Origin: a virus
Taxonomy: Duplodnaviria; Caudoviricetes
Direction: 5' to 3' (one strand)
DNA: 30,252 nt
Virus record (IMG/VR): IMGVR_UViG_3300037722_001729
Span: 1 to 30,252 of that record
The notes beneath the pieces are model-generated. The model had not been told where the DNA came from. It did not search any database and saw only the letters and a list, made by a program, of their open reading frames with translations. Within the stretch, counting starts at the first letter, position 1, and each line of letters starts with the position of its first letter. The position numbers and the translations under genes were made by a program. This document shows positions 1-8,764 of the stretch, piece by piece.

Positions 1-525
1 CGGCCGTCGCCGAAGCCGCGAGCGAACGGCGCTCCCGGCCGGGGCTTCGTCCATCTCGGGCGGTGCGGCGGCCTCGAGTTGCCGGCCTGCAAGGCGGTTG
101 AAGTCGGATGCCGCGCCATTCGGCTCCCCGACGCGGAGGCGGTCAAGAAGGGCGCGCCGCCGCCGCGGCCGCGCTTCGCGCTGGAGGTCGTCGTCGATCG
201 CGCCGCCGGGCCGTCGGACCTCGACAGCTGGCGTCGCCCGGGGGCGAAGGACAAGCCGGAGCCGGCCCGGAAACCCGGCCGGCCGCCGAAGGCGGTCGCG
301 CGGGCGCTGCCGCCCACGGCGCGCGACGAAGTCGAGGTCTCCAAGTCCCAGATCGCGCGCGAGAAGGCCGCGGTCTTCCTCGCGCGGCAGCTCCGCGACG
401 CCGGCGAGGCGTCTCGCTTCATCATCCGCGAGATCGAGAACGTACACGGCCTCAAGGTCGACGACGCATGGCTGGAGCGCGCGCTTGGCCGCGCGCCCGA
501 GGACGCTGCGGAGGCCGACGCCTGA
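1..525 (+). CDS. Hypothetical phage protein, 5'-truncated, possibly DNA-binding (AT-hook-like RKPGRPPK, helical C-terminus)
   Basis: Frame open from base 1 to TGA 523-525; TGATG coupling to the next gene. Confidence 0.6.
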   Translation, partial: RPSPKPRANGAPGRGFVHLGRCGGLELPACKAVEVGCRAIRLPDAEAVKKGAPPPRPRFALEVVVDRAAGPSDLDSWRRPGAKDKPEPARKPGRPPKAVARALPPTARDEVEVSKSQIAREKAAVFLARQLRDAGEASRFIIREIENVHGLKVDDAWLERALGRAPEDAAEADA

Positions 526-1160
526 TGTCGGCGAGGGCCTATACGAGCCCCCCGGCGTTTCCCTGGGACGAGCACATTCCAGCCCTCCGGCGCTTCTGGG
601 CCGATGGGCTCAGCTGCAGCGAGATCGCGCGCGAGCTGAGCCGCGTCGCCAAGCGGCCGTGCACGCGCAACGCGGTCATCTCCAAGGTCAACCGCCTCGG
701 CCTCCCGCCGCGCAGGCCGACGACGCGCCGTCCGGGGCAGGGCGGGCCATCCAGGCCGCGCCCGGTCAGGGGCGCTCGGCCCCAAGCGTCTCTGGGCGTC
801 GGCGACCCGCCGAACGTCCGGGCGATGCAGACCGCGCTTGAGCGCGCGCTCGCCCCAGAGACGGCTCTTGCGGCGGTGATCGCCGGCGGCCCCAAGGGTG
901 CTTCGGGCGTGCGCCTGCTCGACCTCAAGCCCCGTCAGTGCCGGTGGCCGCTCCAGGACCTCCCGGCTCGCATGAGCCCGAGCGCGCGCGCGGTGGTGCA
1001 GCGCTTCTGCGGCGCCGGCTGCGAGGAGGGGTCGAGCTGGTGCTCGGCGCATCGGCGCATCGCGTACCGACCGGCGGACCACCGGTGGCGGGACCTCCAA
1101 CCGCCGCGCGCCAGGCACGCACGCGAGCGCGCGCTTGTTGCGATGGGAGGTCATCGATGA
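525..1160 (+). CDS. gcrA: GcrA-family cell-cycle regulator homologue
   Basis: N-terminal WDEHIPALRRFWADGLSCSEIARELS..TRNAVISKVNRLGL and C-terminal LLDLKPRQCRWP..FCG..WCSAHRRIAY match GcrA motifs; ATG overlaps the upstream stop. Confidence 0.88.
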   Translation: MSARAYTSPPAFPWDEHIPALRRFWADGLSCSEIARELSRVAKRPCTRNAVISKVNRLGLPPRRPTTRRPGQGGPSRPRPVRGARPQASLGVGDPPNVRAMQTALERALAPETALAAVIAGGPKGASGVRLLDLKPRQCRWPLQDLPARMSPSARAVVQRFCGAGCEEGSSWCSAHRRIAYRPADHRWRDLQPPRARHARERALVAMGGHR

Positions 1161-1366
1161 CCGCGAAGATCGTGGACTTGGGCGCGGAGCGGCTCGAGGA
1201 CGGCGAGGACCGCCATCTGGTCGCGCTGATCTGGAAGCGCCGCGAGGTCATCGAGCGCGTCGCGCTGGCCGCTCCGCGGACCTGGGCCGAGGCGCGCGCG
1301 GCGATGAAGAAGCGGGTGGGCGAGGCCCAGGACGCCGCCCAGAAGCGCGCATCTCGGGCCGCATGA
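1157..1366 (+). CDS. Small hypothetical protein (69 aa)
   Basis: GGAGG RBS at 1146-1150; ATGA coupling at both ends. Confidence 0.7.
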   Translation: MTAKIVDLGAERLEDGEDRHLVALIWKRREVIERVALAAPRTWAEARAAMKKRVGEAQDAAQKRASRAA

Positions 1367-1590
1367 TCCGGGCGCGGCCATTCCGGACCGCCGTGGACGA
1401 GGCGGGACGCCTGGCGCGCGGCCGCGGCCTGCGGCTCGCGTTCGCCCCGCGCCCAGATCTCGGCGGCGGCGTGGCGCTCGCGACCCTGTCGATCGAGGCG
1501 CGCCGCATCTGGGGCGCGCCGTGCCTGATCTTCGGGATCGAGATCGGCCTCGGCCCGCTCTGGCGCGCGGCGCAGGCGGTGGTCGAATGA
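1363..1590 (+). CDS. Small hypothetical protein (75 aa)
   Basis: ATGA overlaps with both neighbours. Confidence 0.6.
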   Translation: MIRARPFRTAVDEAGRLARGRGLRLAFAPRPDLGGGVALATLSIEARRIWGAPCLIFGIEIGLGPLWRAAQAVVE

Positions 1591-1763
1591 GCGCCCTCGC
1601 CGTCATCGCCGCGCTCGCCGTAGGCCTCGGCCTCGGCGCCACGGTCGGGTGGCGTCGAGGCGTGCGCTACGGTCGCGAGCAGGAGCGCTTCGAGGCGCAG
1701 TGCGCCATGGGCGTGATGTCCGACCTTTCGCTGCCGGCGCGCGCGCGACGGAGCGGCATGTGA
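1587..1763 (+). CDS. Small single-pass membrane protein (58 aa)
   Basis: Hydrophobic N-terminus MSALAVIAALAVGLGLGATVGW followed by RRG; coupled start and stop. Confidence 0.65.
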   Translation: MSALAVIAALAVGLGLGATVGWRRGVRYGREQERFEAQCAMGVMSDLSLPARARRSGM

Positions 1764-2068
1764 CGGGGACGCCGAAGCTCGACTGGTCCTGGCGCGACCC
1801 GCGCATCCGCGCCCTCCACGCGGTCGGCTGGAGCGCGCGCTGCATCGGAGTGAGCCACCAAGGCGTGATCGACCGCATGGCGTTCCTGGGGCTGCGGTCG
1901 CCTCCGCCTCACGCTCGGCGCGCGAAAGAGCGCGCCGCCGCGAACCGGCGAGCGCCCCCGGTTGAGCAGGGCGAGCCCGACCGGCGGCCGGGAGCCGTCT
2001 ACGTGCTGACTTCGAAGCCCATCCGGGGACGGAGCGTCGGCGCGCGTGGCGGAGATCTGCCGCGATGA
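1760..2068 (+). CDS. Protein with GcrA-N-like helix-turn-helix
   Basis: GTGA coupling; WSWRDPRIRALHAVGWSARCIGVSHQGVIDRMAFLGL resembles the GcrA N-terminal HTH. Confidence 0.55.
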   Translation: MTGTPKLDWSWRDPRIRALHAVGWSARCIGVSHQGVIDRMAFLGLRSPPPHARRAKERAAANRRAPPVEQGEPDRRPGAVYVLTSKPIRGRSVGARGGDLPR

Positions 2069-2211
2069 GCGCCGACCGCGAACGGGCGAGGCCGCAGGAC
2101 GACCGCCCGGAGCCGACGCCGCGCTGCCCGGACACGCTCGACATGTTCGAGGACGGGGATGGGGAGGCGCGCCAGGCCGGCGAGCCGCCGGCTCGGCCGC
2201 GTGCGGCATGA
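2065..2211 (+). CDS. 48-aa hypothetical protein with RCPDTLDMF motif (absent from the ORF track)
   Basis: Translated by hand; ATGA-coupled to both neighbours and fills the gap exactly. Confidence 0.65.
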   Translation: MSADRERARPQDDRPEPTPRCPDTLDMFEDGDGEARQAGEPPARPRAA

Positions 2212-3407
2212 GCGCGCCGACGGACTCGCATCGCCACCCGATGGCCAGGATCGACTTCGGGTTCGCCGTGGCGGCCTTCGAGGAGCTCGCTGCGCGGCCC
2301 AGGAAGGGCGGCAAGCGGCGAGCGGGGGCGGAGCCCGCCCCGGCGGACGACGGCGCTCCTGAGGGCCCCCAGGGCCCGCTGTGGGAGCTTCCCTCGCGCG
2401 CCTACAAGGACGTCCTCTGGTGCTACCTCTCGCACGCCAACCACGCCGGCGTTCAGAGCCACCCGGCGCCCGAGACGGTGGCGCGGGCCGCCGGCGTCAG
2501 CGCGCGCCACCTGCAGCGCATTCGCGATCGTCTTGAGACGGACGGCTGGCTAAAGTTCTACGGCCTCGCCAGGCTCAAGCGCTCGGGCGGCGGGAAGGAC
2601 CCCTGGGAGCGCAGGCTCGCCTCGTCGCTGGAGATCAGGCGCGCCCGCGGCGGCTGGATGCCGATGGCGGCGATCGACCTCAAGAAGATCGCTCGCGCGA
2701 TCGACGCCCACCGCGCTCACCGGGCCGCTCGCGACGGGGTGGAGGCGCTGCCGCTCTGGGAGGCGGCGATGGCGGCCGCCGAGCGTGAACGCGCCGAGAA
2801 CGAAGCCGCCGCCGAGCTGCGGACACCACTCCCGCCGGCGAACATTACGAGCGGACATCCTGATGTCGCGACCGAGGCGAGGTCCGGACATTTGATCGCG
2901 AGGTCGCGACTCCCTGATGTCCGCGAAGAATCTCTAGAAGAAACAAAAGAGGCGGTCGCCATGGCGAGCTGCGGACACCAACCGCCGTCCACGGACCAAT
3001 CGGCACCCGACCCGGACGACGCCGATGTCGGAGCTTCGGCCCTTAGGGGGGCCGACGTTTCGCCCCTCGACGGGGGGGCGCGCGGAACCGGGGGGGGTGA
3101 AGGTGACGGCGAAGCCGCCGCGATTTTTTCGCCGGCGGCGGCCGCGGCTGGGCCTGGGGGGTCCGACCCCGAACTAGAGCGCCTCCGCCGGCGCGCCTTC
3201 GATCGCCTGGCCGAGGCGAGGGGCGGCGTCCGGGCCAACGCCTTCCTCCGAGCGTGGTGGGATCAGGGCCGGCTTGAGGGCAACCGCCTGGTCGTGCCGT
3301 CCGATCTCCACCGGGAGTGGCTGATCGAGGCGCTCGGGAAAGCATGGGTCTCGGAGGAGGCCTTCCACATCGTGGCCGAGCCGGCGGCCCGCCGCGCTGC
3401 GCAATGA
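2208..3407 (+). CDS. Phage replication initiator (N-terminal winged HTH, C-terminal DnaA-domain-I-like region)
   Basis: YKDVLWCYLSHAN..SHPAPETVARAAGVSARHLQRIRDRLETDGWL wHTH; internal iterons; position before the late regulator. Confidence 0.75.
   Translation: MSAPTDSHRHPMARIDFGFAVAAFEELAARPRKGGKRRAGAEPAPADDGAPEGPQGPLWELPSRAYKDVLWCYLSHANHAGVQSHPAPETVARAAGVSARHLQRIRDRLETDGWLKFYGLARLKRSGGGKDPWERRLASSLEIRRARGGWMPMAAIDLKKIARAIDAHRAHRAARDGVEALPLWEAAMAAAERERAENEAAAELRTPLPPANITSGHPDVATEARSGHLIARSRLPDVREESLEETKEAVAMASCGHQPPSTDQSAPDPDDADVGASALRGADVSPLDGGARGTGGGEGDGEAAAIFSPAAAAAGPGGSDPELERLRRRAFDRLAEARGGVRANAFLRAWWDQGRLEGNRLVVPSDLHREWLIEALGKAWVSEEAFHIVAEPAARRAAQ
2813..2980. repeat. Putative replication origin within the initiator gene (iterons plus A-rich tract)
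   Basis: 16-bp direct repeat CGAGCTGCGGACACCA at 2813-2828 and 2965-2980; CGGACAT at 2852 and 2885, inverted at 2917; CCTGATGTC at 2859 and 2913; A-rich tract 2926-2950. Confidence 0.65.
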
Positions 3408-3417
3408 GGGGACCAGC

Positions 3418-3966
3418 ATGAGGCACGACGTCGACACCCACCGCTTTCCAGCGGGCCCGAAGGAAGTGGAGGAGCGCTTCGTCTCCGCCGCCCTCACGCT
3501 GCGCCGCCTACCCGGCGAGATGACGCTGACGGCGAGGAGCTCAGCCAACGTCATGCGCGCACGTGGGATGCTGCCCGATCGAGACGATCATCCGCCACGC
3601 TGGCCGCCGACCGCTCGAGCGATCACCGAGATGGAGGAGGCGCTCACCTGGTTGGCCTGGCTCGACGACGGCGACGCGAAGATCGTCATGCTCCGCGCCG
3701 ATGGGTGGCGCTGGCGTCAGGTCGAGCACCGCGTCGGCCTTTCGAAGGCGACGTGCTGCCGCCGGATGGCGGGGGCGATGGTCACGATCGCGGAGCATCT
3801 CGCGCGGGGCGACAAGCCTCGCAAGACGCGCTGCGAATCACGTCCGGGAAAGGCGAAAGCCGCGCCGAGGCGGGCGATCGAGCCGCCGGCCGCTCAGGGC
3901 GACGCCGCAACGGACCAGCATTCGACGGCGCACGACGTGCCCGGAGCGTTTCGCGATGATCCGTGA
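3418..3966 (+). CDS. DUF6362-like / sigma-region-4-like HTH protein, probable late-gene regulator
   Basis: VEERF..AALTLRRLP..PTARAITEMEEALTWLAWL..IVMLRADGWRWRQV..GLSKATCCRR; lies just upstream of the terminase genes. Confidence 0.75.
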   Translation: MRHDVDTHRFPAGPKEVEERFVSAALTLRRLPGEMTLTARSSANVMRARGMLPDRDDHPPRWPPTARAITEMEEALTWLAWLDDGDAKIVMLRADGWRWRQVEHRVGLSKATCCRRMAGAMVTIAEHLARGDKPRKTRCESRPGKAKAAPRRAIEPPAAQGDAATDQHSTAHDVPGAFRDDP

Positions 3967-4126
3967 ACGTCGAATTATTGGTGAGACAGATCGCCCGGTT
4001 TTCTCGACGATCTCTGCGAGGCTCGGTCGACTACGCGCTGGGGGCATGAGACGACGTCGCCTCAAGCCCGCCGCGCCGGTCACGCCGGCGCGGCGGGCCT
4101 CCTCACCCGATCGCCCCGCCCCTCCA

Positions 4127-4230
4127 GGGTCCTTCCCGGCGTTAGCGGAATGCGGGAGGCGAGGGCCCCAAACATCGCTAGCGACAAGGAAAATTCCAGA
4201 GTGCGCACCTGATCGGTGCGCGGGTGCGCA
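4127..4230 (+). other. Putative lambda-like cos site (cosQ-cosN-cosB)
   Basis: GGGTCCT at 4127-4133 equals lambda cosQ; GGGAGGCGAGGG at 4154-4165 resembles cosN GGGCGGCGACCT; palindrome TCGCTAGCGA 4175-4184; three GTGCGC repeats at 4201-4230, directly before terS. Confidence 0.65.
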
Positions 4231-4782
4231 GTGACGACGCTCTCGATCCGGGCCTACGCGCGCCACCGCGGACTGAAGTCCGACAACGCCGTGCGCAAGG
4301 CGATCGCCGCCGGACGGATCACGCTCGAGCCGGACGGCAAGATCGATCCGGAGAAGGCCGACGCGGAGTGGGCGGCGACGACCGACCCCGCGCGCCAGCC
4401 CGGCAATCGCGTCCCGTCGTCAGCCGATAGGCCGCCTGCAGAGGCGGCTCCTGCCGGCGCTCCACCTGCAGGCGGCGCCGCGTTCGCTCAAGCGCGCACG
4501 GTGCACGAGGCCACCAAAGCCGAGGTCGCCGGACTGAGGCTCGCGAAGCTCAAGGGCGAGCTCGTCGATCGGCAGAAGGCGCAGCAAACCGTCTTCGACC
4601 TCGCGCGTCGCGAGCGCGACGCCTGGATCAACTGGCCGCCGCGCGTCGCCGCGCAGATGGCCGCCGAGCTGCAGCGCGCGACATCGGCTCGGGTCGATGC
4701 GCACGCGCTCGAGACCATCCTCGTCCAGTACGTGCGCGAGCATCTCGCGGACCTCGCGGAGGTCGAGGTTGCACTCCGGTGA
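4231..4782 (+). CDS. terS: Terminase small subunit (Nu1-like)
   Basis: LSIRAYARHRG..AVRKAIAAGRI wHTH; GELVDR and ARRERDAWINWPPR motifs; overlaps terL. Confidence 0.88.
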   Translation: MTTLSIRAYARHRGLKSDNAVRKAIAAGRITLEPDGKIDPEKADAEWAATTDPARQPGNRVPSSADRPPAEAAPAGAPPAGGAAFAQARTVHEATKAEVAGLRLAKLKGELVDRQKAQQTVFDLARRERDAWINWPPRVAAQMAAELQRATSARVDAHALETILVQYVREHLADLAEVEVALR

Positions 4783-6796
4783 GGCCTACCAAGGTGAGGG
4801 CGACGTCGCCGCGGCCTGGCGCGCCGGCCTTGCGCCGGACCCCGCGCTCACGTGCTCGACCTGGTCGGACCGCTATCGAATCTTGAGCTCCCGCGGCTCC
4901 GCCGAGCCGGGCCCGTACCGTACGGCGCGGACGCCCTACGGCCGCGAGATCATGGACGTCCTGAGCCCCTCGCATTGGGCGCAGGAAGTGTGGTGGGAAA
5001 AGAGCGCCCAGATCGGCGCGACCGAGATCGGGAACAACTGGATCGGCTTCTGCATGGACGTCGCGCCGGGGCCGATCCTGGCGGTGCAGCCGACCGTCGA
5101 GCTGGGGAAGCGCCTGAGCCGGCAGCGGATCGAGCCGCTGATCGACGAAAGCCCCCGGCTACGAACGAAGGTGAGGCCGGCGCGTGCGCGCGACAGCGGC
5201 AACACGGTCCTCTCGAAGAGCTTCCCAGGTGGGCAGCTCATCATCACCGGCGCGAATAGCGCTGTCGGGCTCCGGCAGATGCCGGCGCGCTACGCGTTCG
5301 CGGACGAGGTCGACGCCTACGACCTCGACGTCGAGGGCGAAGGCGATCCGCTCGCGCTCATCCGCGCGCGGCAGCAGACGTTCGGATATCGCCGCAAGTT
5401 GTTCATCGCGTCGACTCCGACGATCGAGGGGCTATCGCGCGTGTCGGCCGGCTACGAGAAGACCGACAAGCGACGCTACCACGTCCCATGCCCGAGCTGC
5501 GGCGGCCTGCAGCACCTTCAGTTCGAGCGCCTGCGCTGGCAGAAGGGCAAGCCCGAGACGGTCCGCTACATCTGCGAGCACTGCGAGGAGCCGATCGAGG
5601 AGCACCACAAGACGTGGATGCTCGCCGAGGAGAACGGCGCCTGCTGGCGCGCCACCGCGCCGGCCGAGCAGATCGCGGCCGCGCGCGCGGCCTGCGTCGT
5701 CGGCTTCCACATCTCGGCGCTGTACTCGCCGATCGGCTGGCTCTCGTGGGTGTCGATCGCGCGGCAGTGGGAGGAGGCGCAGGGCGACGACGCCGCGCTG
5801 AAGACGTTCAAAAACACCGTGCTCGGCGAGCCCTGGCAGGACAGCGGCGAGGCCCCCGACTGGCAGCGCCTCTACGATCGCCGGGAGCAAGACTGGCAGC
5901 TTGGATACGCGCCGCACGGCGCGCTGCTGCTCACCGCCGGCGTCGACGTCCAGCGTGATCGCTTGGAGGTCTACGTCTGGGGGTGGGGCAGGGGACTGCG
6001 CTCGTTCCTCGTCGACATTCGCGTGATCGAGGGCGACCCGACGAGCGAGGAGGTCTGGGACGAGCTCACCGCGCTGCTCAGCGAGACCTGGCCGCACGTC
6101 GACGGTCACGCGCGGCTGGGGCTCGCGAAACTGGCGATCGACGCCGGCGACGGCCTCACGACGCAGATGGTCTACGGCTGGGCCCGCCGCGTCGGTCACG
6201 CGCAGGTCTACCCGGTCAAGGGGCGCGATGGATTCGATCGCGCCACGCCGGTCCAGGGCCCGACGTTCGTCGAGGCGACCGACGGCGGCCGCAAGATCAA
6301 GCGCGGCGTGCGCCTCTGGACGATCGCCGTCGCGGTCTTCAAGTCGGAGTTCTATCGCCACCTTCGGCTCGAGCGTCCGACGGACGAGGAGCTGGAGGCC
6401 TTCGCCGCCGGCGCTGAACACGGCGCGACCTGGCCCGCTGGCTACGTGCACATCCCGGCCGGCGTCGCCGCCGAGCCGATCAAGCAGATGACCGCCGAGC
6501 GGCTCGTCACCACGAAGGGGCGGAAGGGCTTCGCCAAGCTCGAGTGGCGGCAGATGCGGGACCGAAACGAGGCCCTCGACTGCCGCGTCTACGCCCGCGC
6601 CGCCGCCTGGCTGCTCGGGGCCGACCGCTTCGACGATGCGAAGTGGCTCGAGCTGGAGAGCCAGCTCATCCCGGCGGGCGGACCCGAGCCGCCGATCGGG
6701 GGCCAGGCGCAGCGTCCGCGGCCGTCGTCCGGCCGCAAGCGCGAGCAGGGGCACATGGGCGGCCGCCGCCCTGGCTGGTTCGATAGGGGAGGGTGA
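4769..6796 (+). CDS. terL: Terminase large subunit, lambda GpA family
   Basis: KSAQIGATE Walker A, FADEVDAY Walker B, ASTPT, CPSC/CEHC, TAGVDVQ nuclease and RNEALDC motifs; TTG start with GGAGG RBS (start uncertain). Confidence 0.95.
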   Translation: MHSGEAYQGEGDVAAAWRAGLAPDPALTCSTWSDRYRILSSRGSAEPGPYRTARTPYGREIMDVLSPSHWAQEVWWEKSAQIGATEIGNNWIGFCMDVAPGPILAVQPTVELGKRLSRQRIEPLIDESPRLRTKVRPARARDSGNTVLSKSFPGGQLIITGANSAVGLRQMPARYAFADEVDAYDLDVEGEGDPLALIRARQQTFGYRRKLFIASTPTIEGLSRVSAGYEKTDKRRYHVPCPSCGGLQHLQFERLRWQKGKPETVRYICEHCEEPIEEHHKTWMLAEENGACWRATAPAEQIAAARAACVVGFHISALYSPIGWLSWVSIARQWEEAQGDDAALKTFKNTVLGEPWQDSGEAPDWQRLYDRREQDWQLGYAPHGALLLTAGVDVQRDRLEVYVWGWGRGLRSFLVDIRVIEGDPTSEEVWDELTALLSETWPHVDGHARLGLAKLAIDAGDGLTTQMVYGWARRVGHAQVYPVKGRDGFDRATPVQGPTFVEATDGGRKIKRGVRLWTIAVAVFKSEFYRHLRLERPTDEELEAFAAGAEHGATWPAGYVHIPAGVAAEPIKQMTAERLVTTKGRKGFAKLEWRQMRDRNEALDCRVYARAAAWLLGADRFDDAKWLELESQLIPAGGPEPPIGGQAQRPRPSSGRKREQGHMGGRRPGWFDRGG

Positions 6797-6799
6797 CGG

Positions 6800-7003
6800 A
6801 TGGCGTTCACGACCGCCGAGCTCGACGCACTCAAGGCGGCCTACGCCGCCGGCGCGCTCACCGTCTCCTACGAGGGCAAGACCATCACCTACGGGAACGC
6901 GGCGGACCTGCTGTCGCGCATCCGAACGATCGAGGGCGAGATCTCCGCGACCGCGGGGAGCCCGCGCCCGATGGGCGCCTACGTCAGCCACCGCCGGGGG
7001 TGA
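6800..7003 (+). CDS. Head-tail joining protein, gpW-like
   Basis: ELDALKAAYAAGALTVSYEGKTITY; lies between terL and portal; RBS present. Confidence 0.85.
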   Translation: MAFTTAELDALKAAYAAGALTVSYEGKTITYGNAADLLSRIRTIEGEISATAGSPRPMGAYVSHRRG

Positions 7004-7005
7004 GC

Positions 7006-8652
7006 ATGCAGCCGACTTCTCGCCCCGTCGTCCGGCCGAACGCCCTCGACCGGGCCATCGGCTGGATTACGCCTCGCGCCGCCGCGAAGCGCTACTCCGC
7101 CCGCGTCGCGCTCGCGCATCTCGTCCGCGCCTATGACGGCGCGGCGCGCGGCCGCCGCACCGATGGCTGGAACGCCGCCTCGAGTTCGGCCGACGCCGAG
7201 CTCGCCGCCGCGCGCGCGCCGCTGCGCGATCGCTGCCGCGCCGAGGAGCGGAACAACCCGCTGTTCGCGAACGCGATCTCGATCTGGGCGAACATCCTGG
7301 TCGGCGACGGAATCCGCCCGCGCGCTGCGACGGGGAACAAGGCGCTCGACAAGCTCTTGAACGAGCGCTGGGAGCGTTGGGGCCGCTTCGCCGACGCGGA
7401 CGGCCACGGCGACGTCTACTCGCTCCAGACGCTCGCCTGCCGCGGGATGGTGCGCGACGGCGAGACGTTCGCCCGCCGCCGGCTCCGCCGCGCCGGCGAC
7501 ATGCCGAAGATCGACGGCGTCGAACTGCCGCCGCTGCAGCTCCAGCTCTACGAGCCGGATCACATCGACGACGCGAAGGACCAGGTGCTCAGCGACGGCG
7601 TGATCCGTCAGGGCATCGAGTACGACGCGATCGGCCGCCGCCGCGCCTACTGGCTGTTCCCCGAGCATCCGGGGGACGCCGGCGTGACGGTGGCGTTCCG
7701 CCGCCGCCTCGAGTCCGTGCGTGTGCCGGCGGACTCGGTCGCTCACCTGTTCGAGCGCCAGCGCGTTCAGCAGCGCGGCGCCCCGTGGGGAGCGCCGGCG
7801 CTTCGGAAGCTCAAGGACTTCGAGGACTGGTCGGACGCCGAGGGCGTGCGCAAGAAGACCGAGGCGTGTCTCGCCGCGATCGTCTTCGGCGCCGACGAGG
7901 CAGATCAGGGCATCGCGCCGGCGGTCGAGGACGGCGACGGCAACCGCGTCGAGACGCTCGAGCCGGGCTTCATCGCCTACGCGCGCGGCGGCAAGGACAT
8001 CAAGTTCACGCAGCCCGCGACCACGGGCGGCATCGGGGAGTGGAACCGCACCCAGGGCCGCATCATCGCCGCGGCCTGGCGGATGACCTACGAGCTGCTT
8101 TTCGGAGATCTCGAAGGCGTCAACTACAGCTCGTACAAGGCCGGCGACATCAAGTTCCGCCGCCTCGCGCGGGCGATGCAGTGGCAGGTCGTGATCCCGA
8201 TGCTCTGCCAGCCGATGTGGGACTGGTTCGTCCTCGCCGGCTGGGCCGCTGGGCTGTGGGACGTTCAGACCGCCGCGGTGGAGTGGGACCCTCCCGCGTT
8301 CGAGGAGGCCGATCGGCTCAAGGAGATCGCGGCGGACCTCGTCGAGACCCGCGGTGGCTTCACCACGCTGCAACGGCAGCACGGCAAGCGCGGCTACGAC
8401 ACTCGGTCGACCCTCGACGAGATCGCGGAGGCGAACGAGCTGATCGACGAGCGCGAGCTCGTGCTCGACAGCGACCCGCGAAAGGTCACCAAGGCCGGCG
8501 GCATGCAGGGCAAGTCGGGCGGCGATGACGCCGCCGAGGACGGCTCTGAAGGCGACTCCGGCCGCGGCGTCGACGTTCGCGACGTGATCGATCTCGTCCA
8601 GGCGCTCGAGGAGCGCGACCACGGCCGCCGAGCAAACGGCCGCCGCGCCTGA
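7006..8652 (+). CDS. Portal protein, lambda family
   Basis: AYDGAARGRRTDGW, LQLQLYEPDHID, QGIEYDAIGRRRAYWLFPEHPGD, GDLEGVNYSS and LDSDPR motifs. Confidence 0.95.
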   Translation: MQPTSRPVVRPNALDRAIGWITPRAAAKRYSARVALAHLVRAYDGAARGRRTDGWNAASSSADAELAAARAPLRDRCRAEERNNPLFANAISIWANILVGDGIRPRAATGNKALDKLLNERWERWGRFADADGHGDVYSLQTLACRGMVRDGETFARRRLRRAGDMPKIDGVELPPLQLQLYEPDHIDDAKDQVLSDGVIRQGIEYDAIGRRRAYWLFPEHPGDAGVTVAFRRRLESVRVPADSVAHLFERQRVQQRGAPWGAPALRKLKDFEDWSDAEGVRKKTEACLAAIVFGADEADQGIAPAVEDGDGNRVETLEPGFIAYARGGKDIKFTQPATTGGIGEWNRTQGRIIAAAWRMTYELLFGDLEGVNYSSYKAGDIKFRRLARAMQWQVVIPMLCQPMWDWFVLAGWAAGLWDVQTAAVEWDPPAFEEADRLKEIAADLVETRGGFTTLQRQHGKRGYDTRSTLDEIAEANELIDERELVLDSDPRKVTKAGGMQGKSGGDDAAEDGSEGDSGRGVDVRDVIDLVQALEERDHGRRANGRRA

Positions 8653-8764
8653 CGACGAGGGCTTCGGAGCGGGCGCGCTCCGGAGGCAGCGGCCGCCACG
8701 GTCCTCGGCACTCTCCTCGACGGGGGCCGTGGCGGCTGTCCAAACCCCAGCAACGGAGGACACT

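Noticed and set aside
98-524. Upstream starts given by the ORF track (e.g. 108, 938, 2046, 4697, 6793, 12430, 20608, 25967)
   Set aside because: They overlap real neighbouring genes; coupled or RBS-supported internal starts were used instead
8621-8764. In-frame ACG after a GAGGAG that could extend the holin-like ORF upstream
   Set aside because: Non-canonical start, low-complexity extension, and ATG 8765 has a better RBS
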